This document shows positions 1 through 7,733 of a stretch of DNA of 24,036 nucleotides, one piece after another. Below the pieces are notes generated by a model that worked only from the letters and a program-made list of their open reading frames with translations, ran no database searches and was not told the DNA's origin. The stretch is from the IMG/VR virus record IMGVR_UViG_3300048917_000230, positions 1-24,036 of that record. One strand, written 5' to 3'. A program made the translations under genes and the position numbers. Every line of letters begins with the position of its first letter. Position 1 is the first letter of the stretch. The stretch is from a virus.

Positions 1-78
1 CATTAGGCGTATGCTGCTAGGTGATGGCCCGCTTGTTTACGCGGGCGATCCGGCCGCCCGATCCTGAGATCCCGAACG
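1..78. repeat. Left copy of the exact 78-bp terminal direct repeat (identical to 23959..24036)
   Basis: Base-for-base identity read directly. The repeat spans the TerL-portal intergenic region and the first 58 nt of the portal ORF. Confidence 0.95.
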
Positions 79-1280
79 GGAACGACCCGGTGACCGCCGC
101 CCCAGGAACGGTCGGCCCGCCGAACGTCAACCCCGGCGATCCGCACGGGGTCACGGTTGAGGGTGAGGATCTGCCGTGGCAGCCGCCACCGAGGATCGTC
201 CCGTCGGCGTGGTCGGGGTGGCCTGCGGAGTGGCCGACGCCGAACTGGGGCGGACAGATCACGGCGTTGACCGACACGGCCTGGATGTGCATCGACCTCA
301 ACTCGTCGCTGCTCTCGACGATGCCGCCGTACCTCGTCGGCGCCGCCCCGTCTCTCAGCTCGGACTGGCTGAACAACCCGCAGCCCGAGACGTATGCGTC
401 GTGGGAAGAGTTCATGAAGCAGCTCGCGTGGGACTACCAGCTCGGCGAAGCGTTCGTGCTCGCCACATCCCGCTATTCGACCGGAATGCCGTCGCGATTC
501 CACGTGGTGCCGCCGTGGCTCGTGAACGTCGAGATCATGGAGGGCGTCCGCACCTACCGCATCGGCAACAGAGATGTGACCGACGACATGCTGCACATCC
601 GCTACCAGTCCAACGTCAGTGACGCGCACGGCCACGGCCCGCTCGAGGCCGGCCAGGGGAGGCTTGTGGCCGCGCAGGTGCTCTCGCGGTACGCGACGAC
701 GCTTGCGGCCGGCGGAGGGATCCCGTCGTCGGTGCTCGAGCACCCCGACGAGCTCTCCGCGGAGCAGTCCGAGTTGTTGAAGGCGCAGTGGGTGCAGGCC
801 CGGATGTCGTCGATCGGCGAACCCGCCGTCCTCTCCGGCGGCGTCAAATGGACCGCCACCCAGCTCGACCCCGAGAAGATGGCGCTCCTCGACCTCTCAC
901 AGTGGAACGAATCCCGGATCGCGCTCATGCTCGGCGTCCCACCCTTCTTGGTCGGCCTCCCCTCGGGCGGCGACTCGATGACGTACTCGAACGTCACCAG
1001 CCTGTTCTCGTACCACTGGCGGGCCTACCTCCGGCCGCGTGCGCAGACCGTCATGTCGGCGCTGTCCGGGTGGCTGCTCCCCAGAGGCACACGGATCGAG
1101 GTCAACCGCGACGCGTACATCGAGCCCGAGCCGTTGCAGCGGGCGCAGACCGCCCAGATCCTGAACGGCATCGTCGACCCGGTCACCGGCCAGCAGGCGT
1201 TGACGGTCGCCGAGATCCGCGACACGGAACGGATCGACGACTCGACCCCCGAACCCTTGTCGGCAGGAGTGCTGAAATGA
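21..1280 (+). CDS. Portal protein (HK97-family type)
   Basis: A 419-codon ORF directly downstream of TerL across the circular junction and upstream of the protease. Size and position are typical of a portal. Its stop overlaps the protease start (ATGA at 1277-1280). The start is uncertain: GTG 21, ATG 24 or in-frame TTG 33, with AGGTGA at 18-23. Confidence 0.8.
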   Translation: MMARLFTRAIRPPDPEIPNGNDPVTAAPGTVGPPNVNPGDPHGVTVEGEDLPWQPPPRIVPSAWSGWPAEWPTPNWGGQITALTDTAWMCIDLNSSLLSTMPPYLVGAAPSLSSDWLNNPQPETYASWEEFMKQLAWDYQLGEAFVLATSRYSTGMPSRFHVVPPWLVNVEIMEGVRTYRIGNRDVTDDMLHIRYQSNVSDAHGHGPLEAGQGRLVAAQVLSRYATTLAAGGGIPSSVLEHPDELSAEQSELLKAQWVQARMSSIGEPAVLSGGVKWTATQLDPEKMALLDLSQWNESRIALMLGVPPFLVGLPSGGDSMTYSNVTSLFSYHWRAYLRPRAQTVMSALSGWLLPRGTRIEVNRDAYIEPEPLQRAQTAQILNGIVDPVTGQQALTVAEIRDTERIDDSTPEPLSAGVLK

Positions 1281-1861
1281 CCCAGCTCGAGATCGAAATC
1301 CGGAAGGTCGCAGACCAGCAGTTGGAGGTGTCGTTCCCGAAACGACAGATCGAACTCGTGGTGATGCCCTACGAGGTCGAGGCGCAGGTCGTCCACCGCG
1401 GCCGGATGATCCGCGAAATCGTCTCGCGCGGCGCGTTCGAGGGGATCGACGCGACCCGCCGCCGGATCGTCGTGAACCGCGAACATGTCCTCGACAAGGT
1501 CGTCGGGAAAGCGATCCGCTTCTACCCTTCGAGGGAGGAGGGGCTGGTTGCTGAGTTGCGGATCGCGCCGACCGAGCAGGGCGATGAAACGCTGGCGCTG
1601 GCGGATGAGGGTTTGTTGGATGCGTCGGCGGGGTTCGGTGTCCCGGACGGCGGCGAATCGTGGCCGGAACGCGGCCTGCGGCGCCTCTCGCGGCTCTGGT
1701 TGGACCACATCGCGATGACCCACTCGCCGGCCTATCAGGGCACGAACGTGCTCGCCGTCCGCGACAAAGACCCCGCCGTCGCCGTGCCGGCGGCGGCCCG
1801 GCCGAACCTCGAAATCGTCCGGGGCTGGCGTCTAGCCGACCGTTACGCTTTAATCGAATAG
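1277..1861 (+). CDS. Prohead maturation protease, HK97 family (S78/U35 type)
   Basis: Internal ATG of ORF 788..1861, coupled to the portal stop. Motifs IVVNREH (His) and LLDASAGFGV (Ser) fit the HK97 prohead protease layout. It lies between the portal and capsid genes. Confidence 0.85.
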   Translation: MTQLEIEIRKVADQQLEVSFPKRQIELVVMPYEVEAQVVHRGRMIREIVSRGAFEGIDATRRRIVVNREHVLDKVVGKAIRFYPSREEGLVAELRIAPTEQGDETLALADEGLLDASAGFGVPDGGESWPERGLRRLSRLWLDHIAMTHSPAYQGTNVLAVRDKDPAVAVPAAARPNLEIVRGWRLADRYALIE

Positions 1862-1937
1862 ACCACCAACACATATCCCCGTTGATGGCCCGTGGGGCGC
1901 CGGGGTTCCCGTGGGGTGAGGTGGACGCACGCAGCTG

Positions 1938-1958
1938 CGAAACGACAACCTCGTTTCG
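1938..1958 (+). promoter_or_regulatory. Perfect 8-bp stem / 5-nt loop hairpin (CGAAACGA-CAACC-TCGTTTCG) abutting the capsid RBS
   Basis: Read directly. The stem ends at 1958, AAAGGA lies at 1959-1964 and the capsid ATG at 1969. It sits in the only sizeable gap (107 nt) of the late operon. Confidence 0.6.
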
Positions 1959-1968
1959 AAAGGATGAC

Positions 1969-3192
1969 ATGCGTACCACCGACCAGATGCTCTCGCGGCT
2001 CGCCGCCGAGATCGAAGAGAAGCAAACGTTCATTGACGGGATCGTCGAGGACGCCGAGAAAGAGGGACGCGACCTCAACAGCCAGGAAATGGAGATGGCG
2101 ACCCGGGCCCGCACCCGTGTCGGCGAGCTGCAGCCGCAGCTCGACCAGCTGATCGACCTGCGCCGGATGGGCTCCGAGTCCCGCGCGAAGATCGCCGAGC
2201 TCGCGCCGTTCATGCGTGAGCAGCCAGCGGCTCCGAAGGAGATCGAGTACCGCTCCGCGGGCGAGTACGCGATGGATCAGTGGCGGGCCGGGCTCGGCGA
2301 CAGCGACGCCCGCCAGCGGCTCGAGATCTACAACCGCGCGGCCGCCCACCAGAAAACCAGTGATAACCCGGGTTTGATCCCGGCGCCGATCCTCGGCCCC
2401 GTCGTCAACTTCGTTGATTCGAACCGGCCGCTGGTGTCCGCGCTCGGCCCACGGGATCTGCCTGGGCAGACCTGGGGCCGGCCGAAGGTCACCCAGCACA
2501 CCTCGGTTGGGTTGCAGCCGTCCGCCGGCGATGCGGCGGCAGAAAAGGCCGAGCTCGTGTCGCAGAAGATGACGATCACGAAGCTGACAGCGACCGCTAT
2601 CACGTATGGCGGCTACGTCAACGTCAGCCGCCAGGACATCGACTTCACCACGCCCGGCGTGATGGACATCATCATCGGTGACCTCGCGGCGCAGTACGCG
2701 ATTCAGACCGAAGCTGCCGCGGCGACCGCGTTCGCGGCCGCCGCAACCGCCGGCACCACGTTGCCGACGGGTGCGAACACCGCCGACCAGATCGCCGGTG
2801 CGTTGTGGGCCGCGGCGGCGTCGATCTACGCCGGCACCAAGGGCGTCGGCCGTGTCTTCGCGGTCGTCCCGACAGGTCTGCTGGGTGCGTGGGGTGCGCT
2901 GTTCGCGCCGTACGGGCCGATGAATCAGCAGGGGCAGGGGTTCTCGGCGGCGGACTTCTCGACCGGCCTCGCCGGCGTCATCGCCGGCATCCCCGTTTAC
3001 GTCTCTGCCGCGATCACCGCGAACACCGCCCTCGTCATGTCGTCCGCGGCGGCCGAGGTGTACGAACAGCGGATCGGGTCACTGTCCGTCGTCGAGCCCA
3101 GCGTCCTGGGTGTGCAGGTCGCGTACGCGGGCTACTTCACGCCGATGGTGATCGAGGCGACCGGGATCATCAAGATCACCAAGACGCCATGA
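1969..3192 (+). CDS. Major capsid protein, HK97 fold, with N-terminal coiled-coil delta/scaffold-like domain
   Basis: ATG 1969 is preceded by AAAGGA. The N-terminus is a charged helical region (LAAEIEEKQTFIDGIVEDAEKEGRDL...QLDQLIDL). It is followed by an Ala/Gly/Thr-rich capsid-like body (KLTATAITYGGYVNVSRQDIDF). Its position after the protease fits. Confidence 0.9.
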   Translation: MRTTDQMLSRLAAEIEEKQTFIDGIVEDAEKEGRDLNSQEMEMATRARTRVGELQPQLDQLIDLRRMGSESRAKIAELAPFMREQPAAPKEIEYRSAGEYAMDQWRAGLGDSDARQRLEIYNRAAAHQKTSDNPGLIPAPILGPVVNFVDSNRPLVSALGPRDLPGQTWGRPKVTQHTSVGLQPSAGDAAAEKAELVSQKMTITKLTATAITYGGYVNVSRQDIDFTTPGVMDIIIGDLAAQYAIQTEAAAATAFAAAATAGTTLPTGANTADQIAGALWAAAASIYAGTKGVGRVFAVVPTGLLGAWGALFAPYGPMNQQGQGFSAADFSTGLAGVIAGIPVYVSAAITANTALVMSSAAAEVYEQRIGSLSVVEPSVLGVQVAYAGYFTPMVIEATGIIKITKTP

Positions 3193-3479
3193 CCGACGAG
3201 CCCACACCCGAGAATGCGGGCGGCACCGTCTTCGACGACCCGAACCGGGAAGCAGTCGGCCTGGAGCCGGCGTGGGTCGAGGGCACTGGCGGCACACCCG
3301 GCGAAGTCACCCCGACCGGGGAATCCGACGCGGACACCAGCGGCGGCAAAGACCAGCTCGACCAGATGACGAAAGCCGACCTGCTCGCCCTCGCCAAGGA
3401 CCGGGGTGTCAGCCCGGCGAACAACGACATGACGAAACAGGAGCTGATCGACGCCATCCGGGCGGCCGGGCAGGCCTGA
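3189..3479 (+). CDS. Small head-associated protein with C-terminal HeH / Rho_N-like motif
   Basis: ATGA overlap with the capsid stop. The N-terminal half is acidic and disordered. The C-terminus reads MTKADLLALAKDRGVSPANNDMTKQELIDAIRAAG, a helix-extended-helix pattern. Confidence 0.65.
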   Translation: MTDEPTPENAGGTVFDDPNREAVGLEPAWVEGTGGTPGEVTPTGESDADTSGGKDQLDQMTKADLLALAKDRGVSPANNDMTKQELIDAIRAAGQA

Positions 3480-3480
3480 G

Positions 3481-3819
3481 ATGGCGTACGCGGACGTCAC
3501 GGAACTCGCGATGCTGTTGAGGCTCGACGCCCCGACAGCCCAGCAGACCGCGGCGATGCAACGCGCCCTCGACGAGGCGGCGGAGGAGATCGACTGGGAG
3601 CTCGGCTACACCGCCGACCTCCCGGCCCCCTCGCCTCCGCCCGCCCTCGTCGTCGGCGTCAACCTGAACCGGGCCGTCGAGCACTGGCGGCAGTCCTACA
3701 GCCCGTTCGGGGTGATCGGCGTCGGCTCCGAGTCCGAGCCGATCATCACCGCCAGAGATTCCTGGTACAGGCACGCTCGTACGCTTGCCCCGCTGAAGAC
3801 GAGTTACGGGGTCGCCTGA
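3481..3819 (+). CDS. Head-tail connector/adaptor (phage gp6-like)
   Basis: 112 aa. The N-terminus ADVTELAMLLRLD...QQTAAMQRALDEAAEEI is typical of gp6-like connector proteins. Its position after the capsid module fits. Confidence 0.7.
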   Translation: MAYADVTELAMLLRLDAPTAQQTAAMQRALDEAAEEIDWELGYTADLPAPSPPPALVVGVNLNRAVEHWRQSYSPFGVIGVGSESEPIITARDSWYRHARTLAPLKTSYGVA

Positions 3820-3820
3820 A

Positions 3821-4240
3821 ATGTCGGCTGCGACCTGGACGCTGGCGGAGGCGCAGGCCGCGATCGCCGACAGCCTGCAACCCCTCACGATCATCGTCGA
3901 GGGGTTGCAGGTGTACGGGTTCATGAACACCAACCCGACCCCGCCGTCGCTGGACGTCTTCCCGGGTGATCCGTTCCAGACCGGCGCGGGGTTCGGCGTC
4001 GGCTCGACGCAGGTCTGGTTCACCGTCCGAGCTCGCGTCTCGACCGCCGACCAGGAAGCCGGCCAAAAGCTGCTGCTGCGCCTGCTCGATACGCATGACC
4101 CGGCGTCCGTCGAGGCGGCCCTCTGGGACGCCGGGGTCGTCTCTCCCGAGGGTGTGTCCGGGTTCCGCGAGTACCTCGAGGACACCGCAACAGACGGCCG
4201 GCTGCTCGGCTGCGAATGGAGAGTGAGCCTGTTCCTATGA
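3821..4240 (+). CDS. Putative neck / tail-completion protein
   Basis: 139 aa, located in the neck gene block. VYGF...PTPPSLDVFPGDP loosely resembles tail-completion (DUF3168-like) proteins. The function is inferred from position only. Confidence 0.4.
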   Translation: MSAATWTLAEAQAAIADSLQPLTIIVEGLQVYGFMNTNPTPPSLDVFPGDPFQTGAGFGVGSTQVWFTVRARVSTADQEAGQKLLLRLLDTHDPASVEAALWDAGVVSPEGVSGFREYLEDTATDGRLLGCEWRVSLFL

Positions 4241-4398
4241 CCACCTACAAAGTCACCGGGCCGACCGCGTTCCAGGGCCACAAGCCGGGCGAACAGTTCG
4301 ACGCCGACCTCGACGAGAACGTCGAGCGGCGGGCGATCGCGAGAGGCTCGATCAAGAAGACCACCGCCAAGAAGAAGGAGGACGACAGCGATGCCTAA
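4237..4398 (+). CDS. Hypothetical small structural-module protein (53 aa, Lys-rich C-terminus)
   Basis: ATGA overlap with the upstream stop and an 8-nt overlap with the next gene. No motif recognised. Confidence 0.5.
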   Translation: MTTYKVTGPTAFQGHKPGEQFDADLDENVERRAIARGSIKKTTAKKKEDDSDA

Positions 4399-4822
4399 GC
4401 GGATCGCCCTGAAAGACTCGGTCGAGGTCGACTCGGTCGACCTCAGCGATTTCGCCCGGTCGGTCCGGTTCACGTCCGAGCACGAACAGGTCGACGTGTC
4501 CGGCTTCAACCCGACCGGCGCGAACGAATACCTGGCCGGCACCACCACCCAGAACGTCACCGTCGAGTTCTTCGGCTCCTACGGGACCGGCGAGGTGCAC
4601 GCGACGCTGTACCCGATCCACAAAGACCGCGAGGTCGTCCCGTTCGCGTGGCGGCCCGACCAGACCACGCCGGCTTCGGCGACGAACCCGGAGCTGCGCG
4701 GCAACGTGCAGATGCTGTCGTACGGCCCCGGCGGAACGAGAGGCGACGTCGACACGTTCGAGGCGACGTTCATCACCGCCGACGCCGCCGGCCTCGTCTT
4801 CGAAACCACCCCGCTCCCCTAG
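4391..4822 (+). CDS. Major tail (tube) protein
   Basis: 143 aa and beta-rich. EQVDVSGFNPTGANEYLAGTTTQNVTVEFFGSY and GNVQMLSYGPGGTRGDVDTFEATF match the usual tail-tube protein pattern. It lies upstream of the chaperone and tape measure genes. Confidence 0.6.
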   Translation: MPKRIALKDSVEVDSVDLSDFARSVRFTSEHEQVDVSGFNPTGANEYLAGTTTQNVTVEFFGSYGTGEVHATLYPIHKDREVVPFAWRPDQTTPASATNPELRGNVQMLSYGPGGTRGDVDTFEATFITADAAGLVFETTPLP

Positions 4823-4826
4823 CGCT

Positions 4827-5198
4827 TTGCCGGAGTACGTCGTCCACTACCGCGAACTGATCCGTGGGCTGAAGCAGCTCGAGGCGGCCGAGCGCCGCAA
4901 CGTCCGCGTCGAACTACGGCACATCGGTGATGCCGTCAAGAACGACGCCGCCGGCCGGATCGCCCCCAAGTCCGCCAAAACCGCCGCCGGCTTCAAAGTC
5001 TCCGTCAGCCAGCGGTCGGTTGCGGTCTACCAGTCGTTGAAGAAGACGACCGGGAAACACCCGGAGTGGGGCGGCTACCAGATCCGTCACGCCCTGCTGC
5101 CCGCCCGCCGCGACAACGAGGTCGAGACCCATGTTGCGTTGGAGCGGGCGTTGGACAAAGCGGCGTCGGCGTTCAACCGGGCAGGCATCGGTGGCTGA
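4827..5198 (+). CDS. Structural protein with weak HK97 gp10-like (neck/tail component) resemblance
   Basis: TTG start, 123 aa. ELIRGLKQLE...IGDAVKNDAAGRIAPKS...LLPA...ALERALDKAA resembles the gp10-family layout. The position after the tube gene is atypical. Confidence 0.4.
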   Translation: MPEYVVHYRELIRGLKQLEAAERRNVRVELRHIGDAVKNDAAGRIAPKSAKTAAGFKVSVSQRSVAVYQSLKKTTGKHPEWGGYQIRHALLPARRDNEVETHVALERALDKAASAFNRAGIGG

Positions 5199-5646
5199 CT
5201 TCGTCGTCGTCGAAGGCCTGAAGCCGTGGGACGGCACCTACCCGTTGGACATCGACGAGGCGCCGCTGACAACGAGGGAGTGGGGGTGGATCAAACGCCT
5301 GACCGGCTACCTGCCGGCCGACTTCACCCTCAACGACCCCGAGGTGATCTGTGCGCTGGCCGTGGTCGCGATGCACCGCGCCGGACGCGTCACGACCGTA
5401 GAGGTGCCCGCCACCTTCGAACGGATCGTCGACGCCCCCTTCGGCCCGACGATCCGCCTCGAGGCAACCGACGAGGCGGGTGATGCCGACGACCCCCCAC
5501 ACCCAGCCGGCGCGACCGGCTCGAACGCGACCTCTTCTGGAAACGGTTTAGCGCCGAGCTCGGAGACCTCGGGCCCCGCCCGGAGCAGCACTGGGATCCC
5601 CGCCTCGGCTTCTTCGGTCTCCGACCCGGAGACGTTGGTGACATGA
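5191..5646 (+). CDS. Tail assembly chaperone, zero-frame product (G-like)
   Basis: GTG 5191 overlaps the upstream stop. It lies immediately upstream of the tape measure gene. The zero-frame C-terminus after 5500 is Ser/Thr/Gly/Pro low-complexity and looks off-frame. Confidence 0.6.
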   Translation: MADFVVVEGLKPWDGTYPLDIDEAPLTTREWGWIKRLTGYLPADFTLNDPEVICALAVVAMHRAGRVTTVEVPATFERIVDAPFGPTIRLEATDEAGDADDPPHPAGATGSNATSSGNGLAPSSETSGPARSSTGIPASASSVSDPETLVT

Positions 5647-5705
5647 CACCCGACCAGCTCCTCGGCTGCGTCGACCTGTTCGCCGCCTTGCACGGGGGCG
5701 GCTGA
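5191..5705 (+). CDS. Tail assembly chaperone G-T type fusion made by -1 frameshift at 5493-5499
   Basis: The -1 frame from 5499 to 5705 reads TPSRRDRLERDLFWKRFSAELGDLGPRPEQHWDPRLGFFGLRPGDVGDMTPDQLLGCVDLFAALHGGG. It is protein-like, GC3-rich, and ends 3 nt before the tape measure start. Confidence 0.6.
5493..5499 (+). promoter_or_regulatory. Candidate -1 programmed frameshift heptamer C CCC CCA
   Basis: Fits the X XXY YYZ pattern in the zero frame of the chaperone gene (codons CCC 5494-5496 and CCA 5497-5499). The -1 frame opens after a stop at 5481-5483. It has no start codon until 5643. Confidence 0.6.
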
Positions 5706-5708
5706 CAG

Positions 5709-7733
5709 TTGGCGAAGTCGGTCCGCGTTGATGTTGTCGCGGATGTCGCCCAGTACGAGCGGGCGTTGCGGAAGGCGGCGGCCGATACCAAGAAGTTCGA
5801 GCGGGCCGTCTCGCGGTCAACTCGGGAGGCGCAGGCCAGCACGGGTGCGTTCAAGGGGCTAGGGAAAACGATCACGGCGACGGCGGCCGGGTTCTTCGCG
5901 TTCCAGTCCGGCACCGAGATCCTCAGCGGCGCCGTCAACGCGCTCCGCACCTCGATCAGCGCGGCCCGCGACGCCCAGGTCACGCAACGCCAGCTTGCGA
6001 CCCAGCTGGCCGACGTCGGCGTCCAGTTCGGGGTTGTCCAGGACAAGATCGAGAAATCAAACTCGGCCTTGTCGAAGCTGTCCGGGTTCAACGTCGACGA
6101 GCTCGAGCAGTCACTCACCTTGTTGGTCAGGTCGACCGGTGACGTCAACGCCTCCCTAAAGCTGAACCAGGTGGCCGTCAACGTCGCCCGCGGCACCCAC
6201 AAAAGCCTGACTGTGGCCGCGAACGCGCTCGCGAAGGCGTACAACGGCCAGACCGGGGCGCTGAAACGGCTCGGTGTGACTCTGCCGCCAAATGTGAAAG
6301 GGATGCGGGCGATCACCTTCGTCGCGCAGAAGTTCGCCGGGCAGGCCGCCGCGAGCACAACCAGCACGCAGAGCTTCCAGGGGTCGCTGCACGACGTCGA
6401 GATCACGATCGGGACCGCGCTGCTGCCGCTGATGGACAAACTCGCCAAGAAAGCGACCGAGGTCACCGACAGCTTCAACAAGTTCGCGGAGAAGGCGAAA
6501 CAGCCCGGCACCCCGCAACACACGGAGGTGTCGAACCTGCGGGCGCTCGGGACGGCGTTCGGGTTCGTCGCAGGGCAAATCGACAAGGCGGTCGGTGCGG
6601 CGGGCGGCTGGATGCAGGTGCTGCCCGGCCTGAAGCAGCTCAGCGGTGCCGGATCGCTGCTGAGCCTGTTCGGTGTCAGCGGCGGCAGCAACGTGCCGCC
6701 ACCGCACTCCGATGTCGGGTTCCGCGACCCCGACCTGACCGCCCGGCTGAAACGGGCAGCAGACCAGCAGCAGGCGCGGAAAGCTCTTTCGGTCAAGCAG
6801 CGAAACGCCTGGTTCGACGCGATGATCGGCCGTCTGCAACTGAGGGCCGGTGTGACGACGGACCTCGACAAACAACTCGCGATCTACCGGGAGATCGCGG
6901 CGAAGCTGCAGGCGAGGATCAAAGTCACCAACGACATCACCCGGCTGCACAAGCTCGAAGACGAGGCGTTGCAGGTGCAGGCGCAGATCGCCGCCGACGT
7001 CGCCCAGAAACGCCAGCAGGCGATGGAGAACCTGCTGGGCGGCGCCGACATCGCGCTCCTGCAAGCCGACCTGACGAAAGGGCTGACCGACAACCTGGCC
7101 GCATTGGAGCTGCAACGACAACTGATCGTCAAAGCAATCCAGAAATACGGCGCCACGAAAGAACTGCAGCTGAAGCTGATCCAGAACCAGATCGACAGCC
7201 AAGGCCTCCACGAGCAGATGGCGGAACAGGCCAGGGAAGCGGCCGAACAGGCAAGGCAGGAGAAGATCGGCTGGATGGAGTTCGCGTACGAACGCGCCCA
7301 GGCAACCAAGACGGTCGCCGACGACCTGAAAAGGGCGAAGGCCCTGTTGGCGTACTGGCAGAAACAGGCTGCGACCGGGAAACGCACCCTGGAAGAGGCG
7401 CAGCAGGTGTGGCACTGGCAGCAGGAGATCGCGAACCTGCGGAAGAAGAGCGACGACCAGTTCGCGAAGTTCAAGCCGGTCGACGCCTCCAAGTTCGTCG
7501 CCGGGCTCGGCCTGAACCTGACGCCGGCGCAGACACGCAACCTGATCGGCGCGGTCGCCGGGATCAGCCGCGGCGGCAAACTCCCGCCCTCCCGCACGGC
7601 GGCGTTCGCCGGGGCGGGTGGGGTGACGATCCACAACGCGAACTTCTACGGCGTCCAGAACATCAAGCAGCTGGAGGAGGAGTCGCTGAAACGCGCCAAG
7701 GCTCGCCCGCAGCCGCGTCGCGGAGCCCGCTAG
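5709..7733 (+). CDS. Tape measure protein
   Basis: 674 aa with a TTG start. The sequence is long, Ala/Gln/Lys/Leu-rich and helical. Its position between the chaperone and distal tail genes fits. Confidence 0.85.
   Translation: MAKSVRVDVVADVAQYERALRKAAADTKKFERAVSRSTREAQASTGAFKGLGKTITATAAGFFAFQSGTEILSGAVNALRTSISAARDAQVTQRQLATQLADVGVQFGVVQDKIEKSNSALSKLSGFNVDELEQSLTLLVRSTGDVNASLKLNQVAVNVARGTHKSLTVAANALAKAYNGQTGALKRLGVTLPPNVKGMRAITFVAQKFAGQAAASTTSTQSFQGSLHDVEITIGTALLPLMDKLAKKATEVTDSFNKFAEKAKQPGTPQHTEVSNLRALGTAFGFVAGQIDKAVGAAGGWMQVLPGLKQLSGAGSLLSLFGVSGGSNVPPPHSDVGFRDPDLTARLKRAADQQQARKALSVKQRNAWFDAMIGRLQLRAGVTTDLDKQLAIYREIAAKLQARIKVTNDITRLHKLEDEALQVQAQIAADVAQKRQQAMENLLGGADIALLQADLTKGLTDNLAALELQRQLIVKAIQKYGATKELQLKLIQNQIDSQGLHEQMAEQAREAAEQARQEKIGWMEFAYERAQATKTVADDLKRAKALLAYWQKQAATGKRTLEEAQQVWHWQQEIANLRKKSDDQFAKFKPVDASKFVAGLGLNLTPAQTRNLIGAVAGISRGGKLPPSRTAAFAGAGGVTIHNANFYGVQNIKQLEEESLKRAKARPQPRRGAR

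Noticed and set aside
1-78. Terminal repeat interpreted as an att site, LTR or transposon end
   Set aside because: The repeat is exact and sits at the very window ends. It cuts through the portal coding start, consistent with an assembly overlap on a circular molecule. No target-site duplication or inverted ends are present.
5500-5646. Zero-frame C-terminal tail of the chaperone as a genuine domain
   Set aside because: Its Ser/Thr/Gly/Ala/Pro composition contrasts with the protein-like -1 frame over the same nucleotides. It is probably just the untranslated or minor continuation after the slip site.
5390-7634. Two ~490-aa minus-strand ORFs (5390-6871, 6156-7634) opposite the tape measure gene
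   Set aside because: Same artefact: Arg/Pro/Ser-rich sequence with no motifs. The + strand tape measure ORF is continuous and syntenic.
5709-7733. Embedded lytic (Rpf or peptidase) motif in the tape measure protein
   Set aside because: I scanned the translation for CESGGNW-type or peptidase-like motifs and saw only helical Ala/Gln/Lys/Leu-rich sequence.
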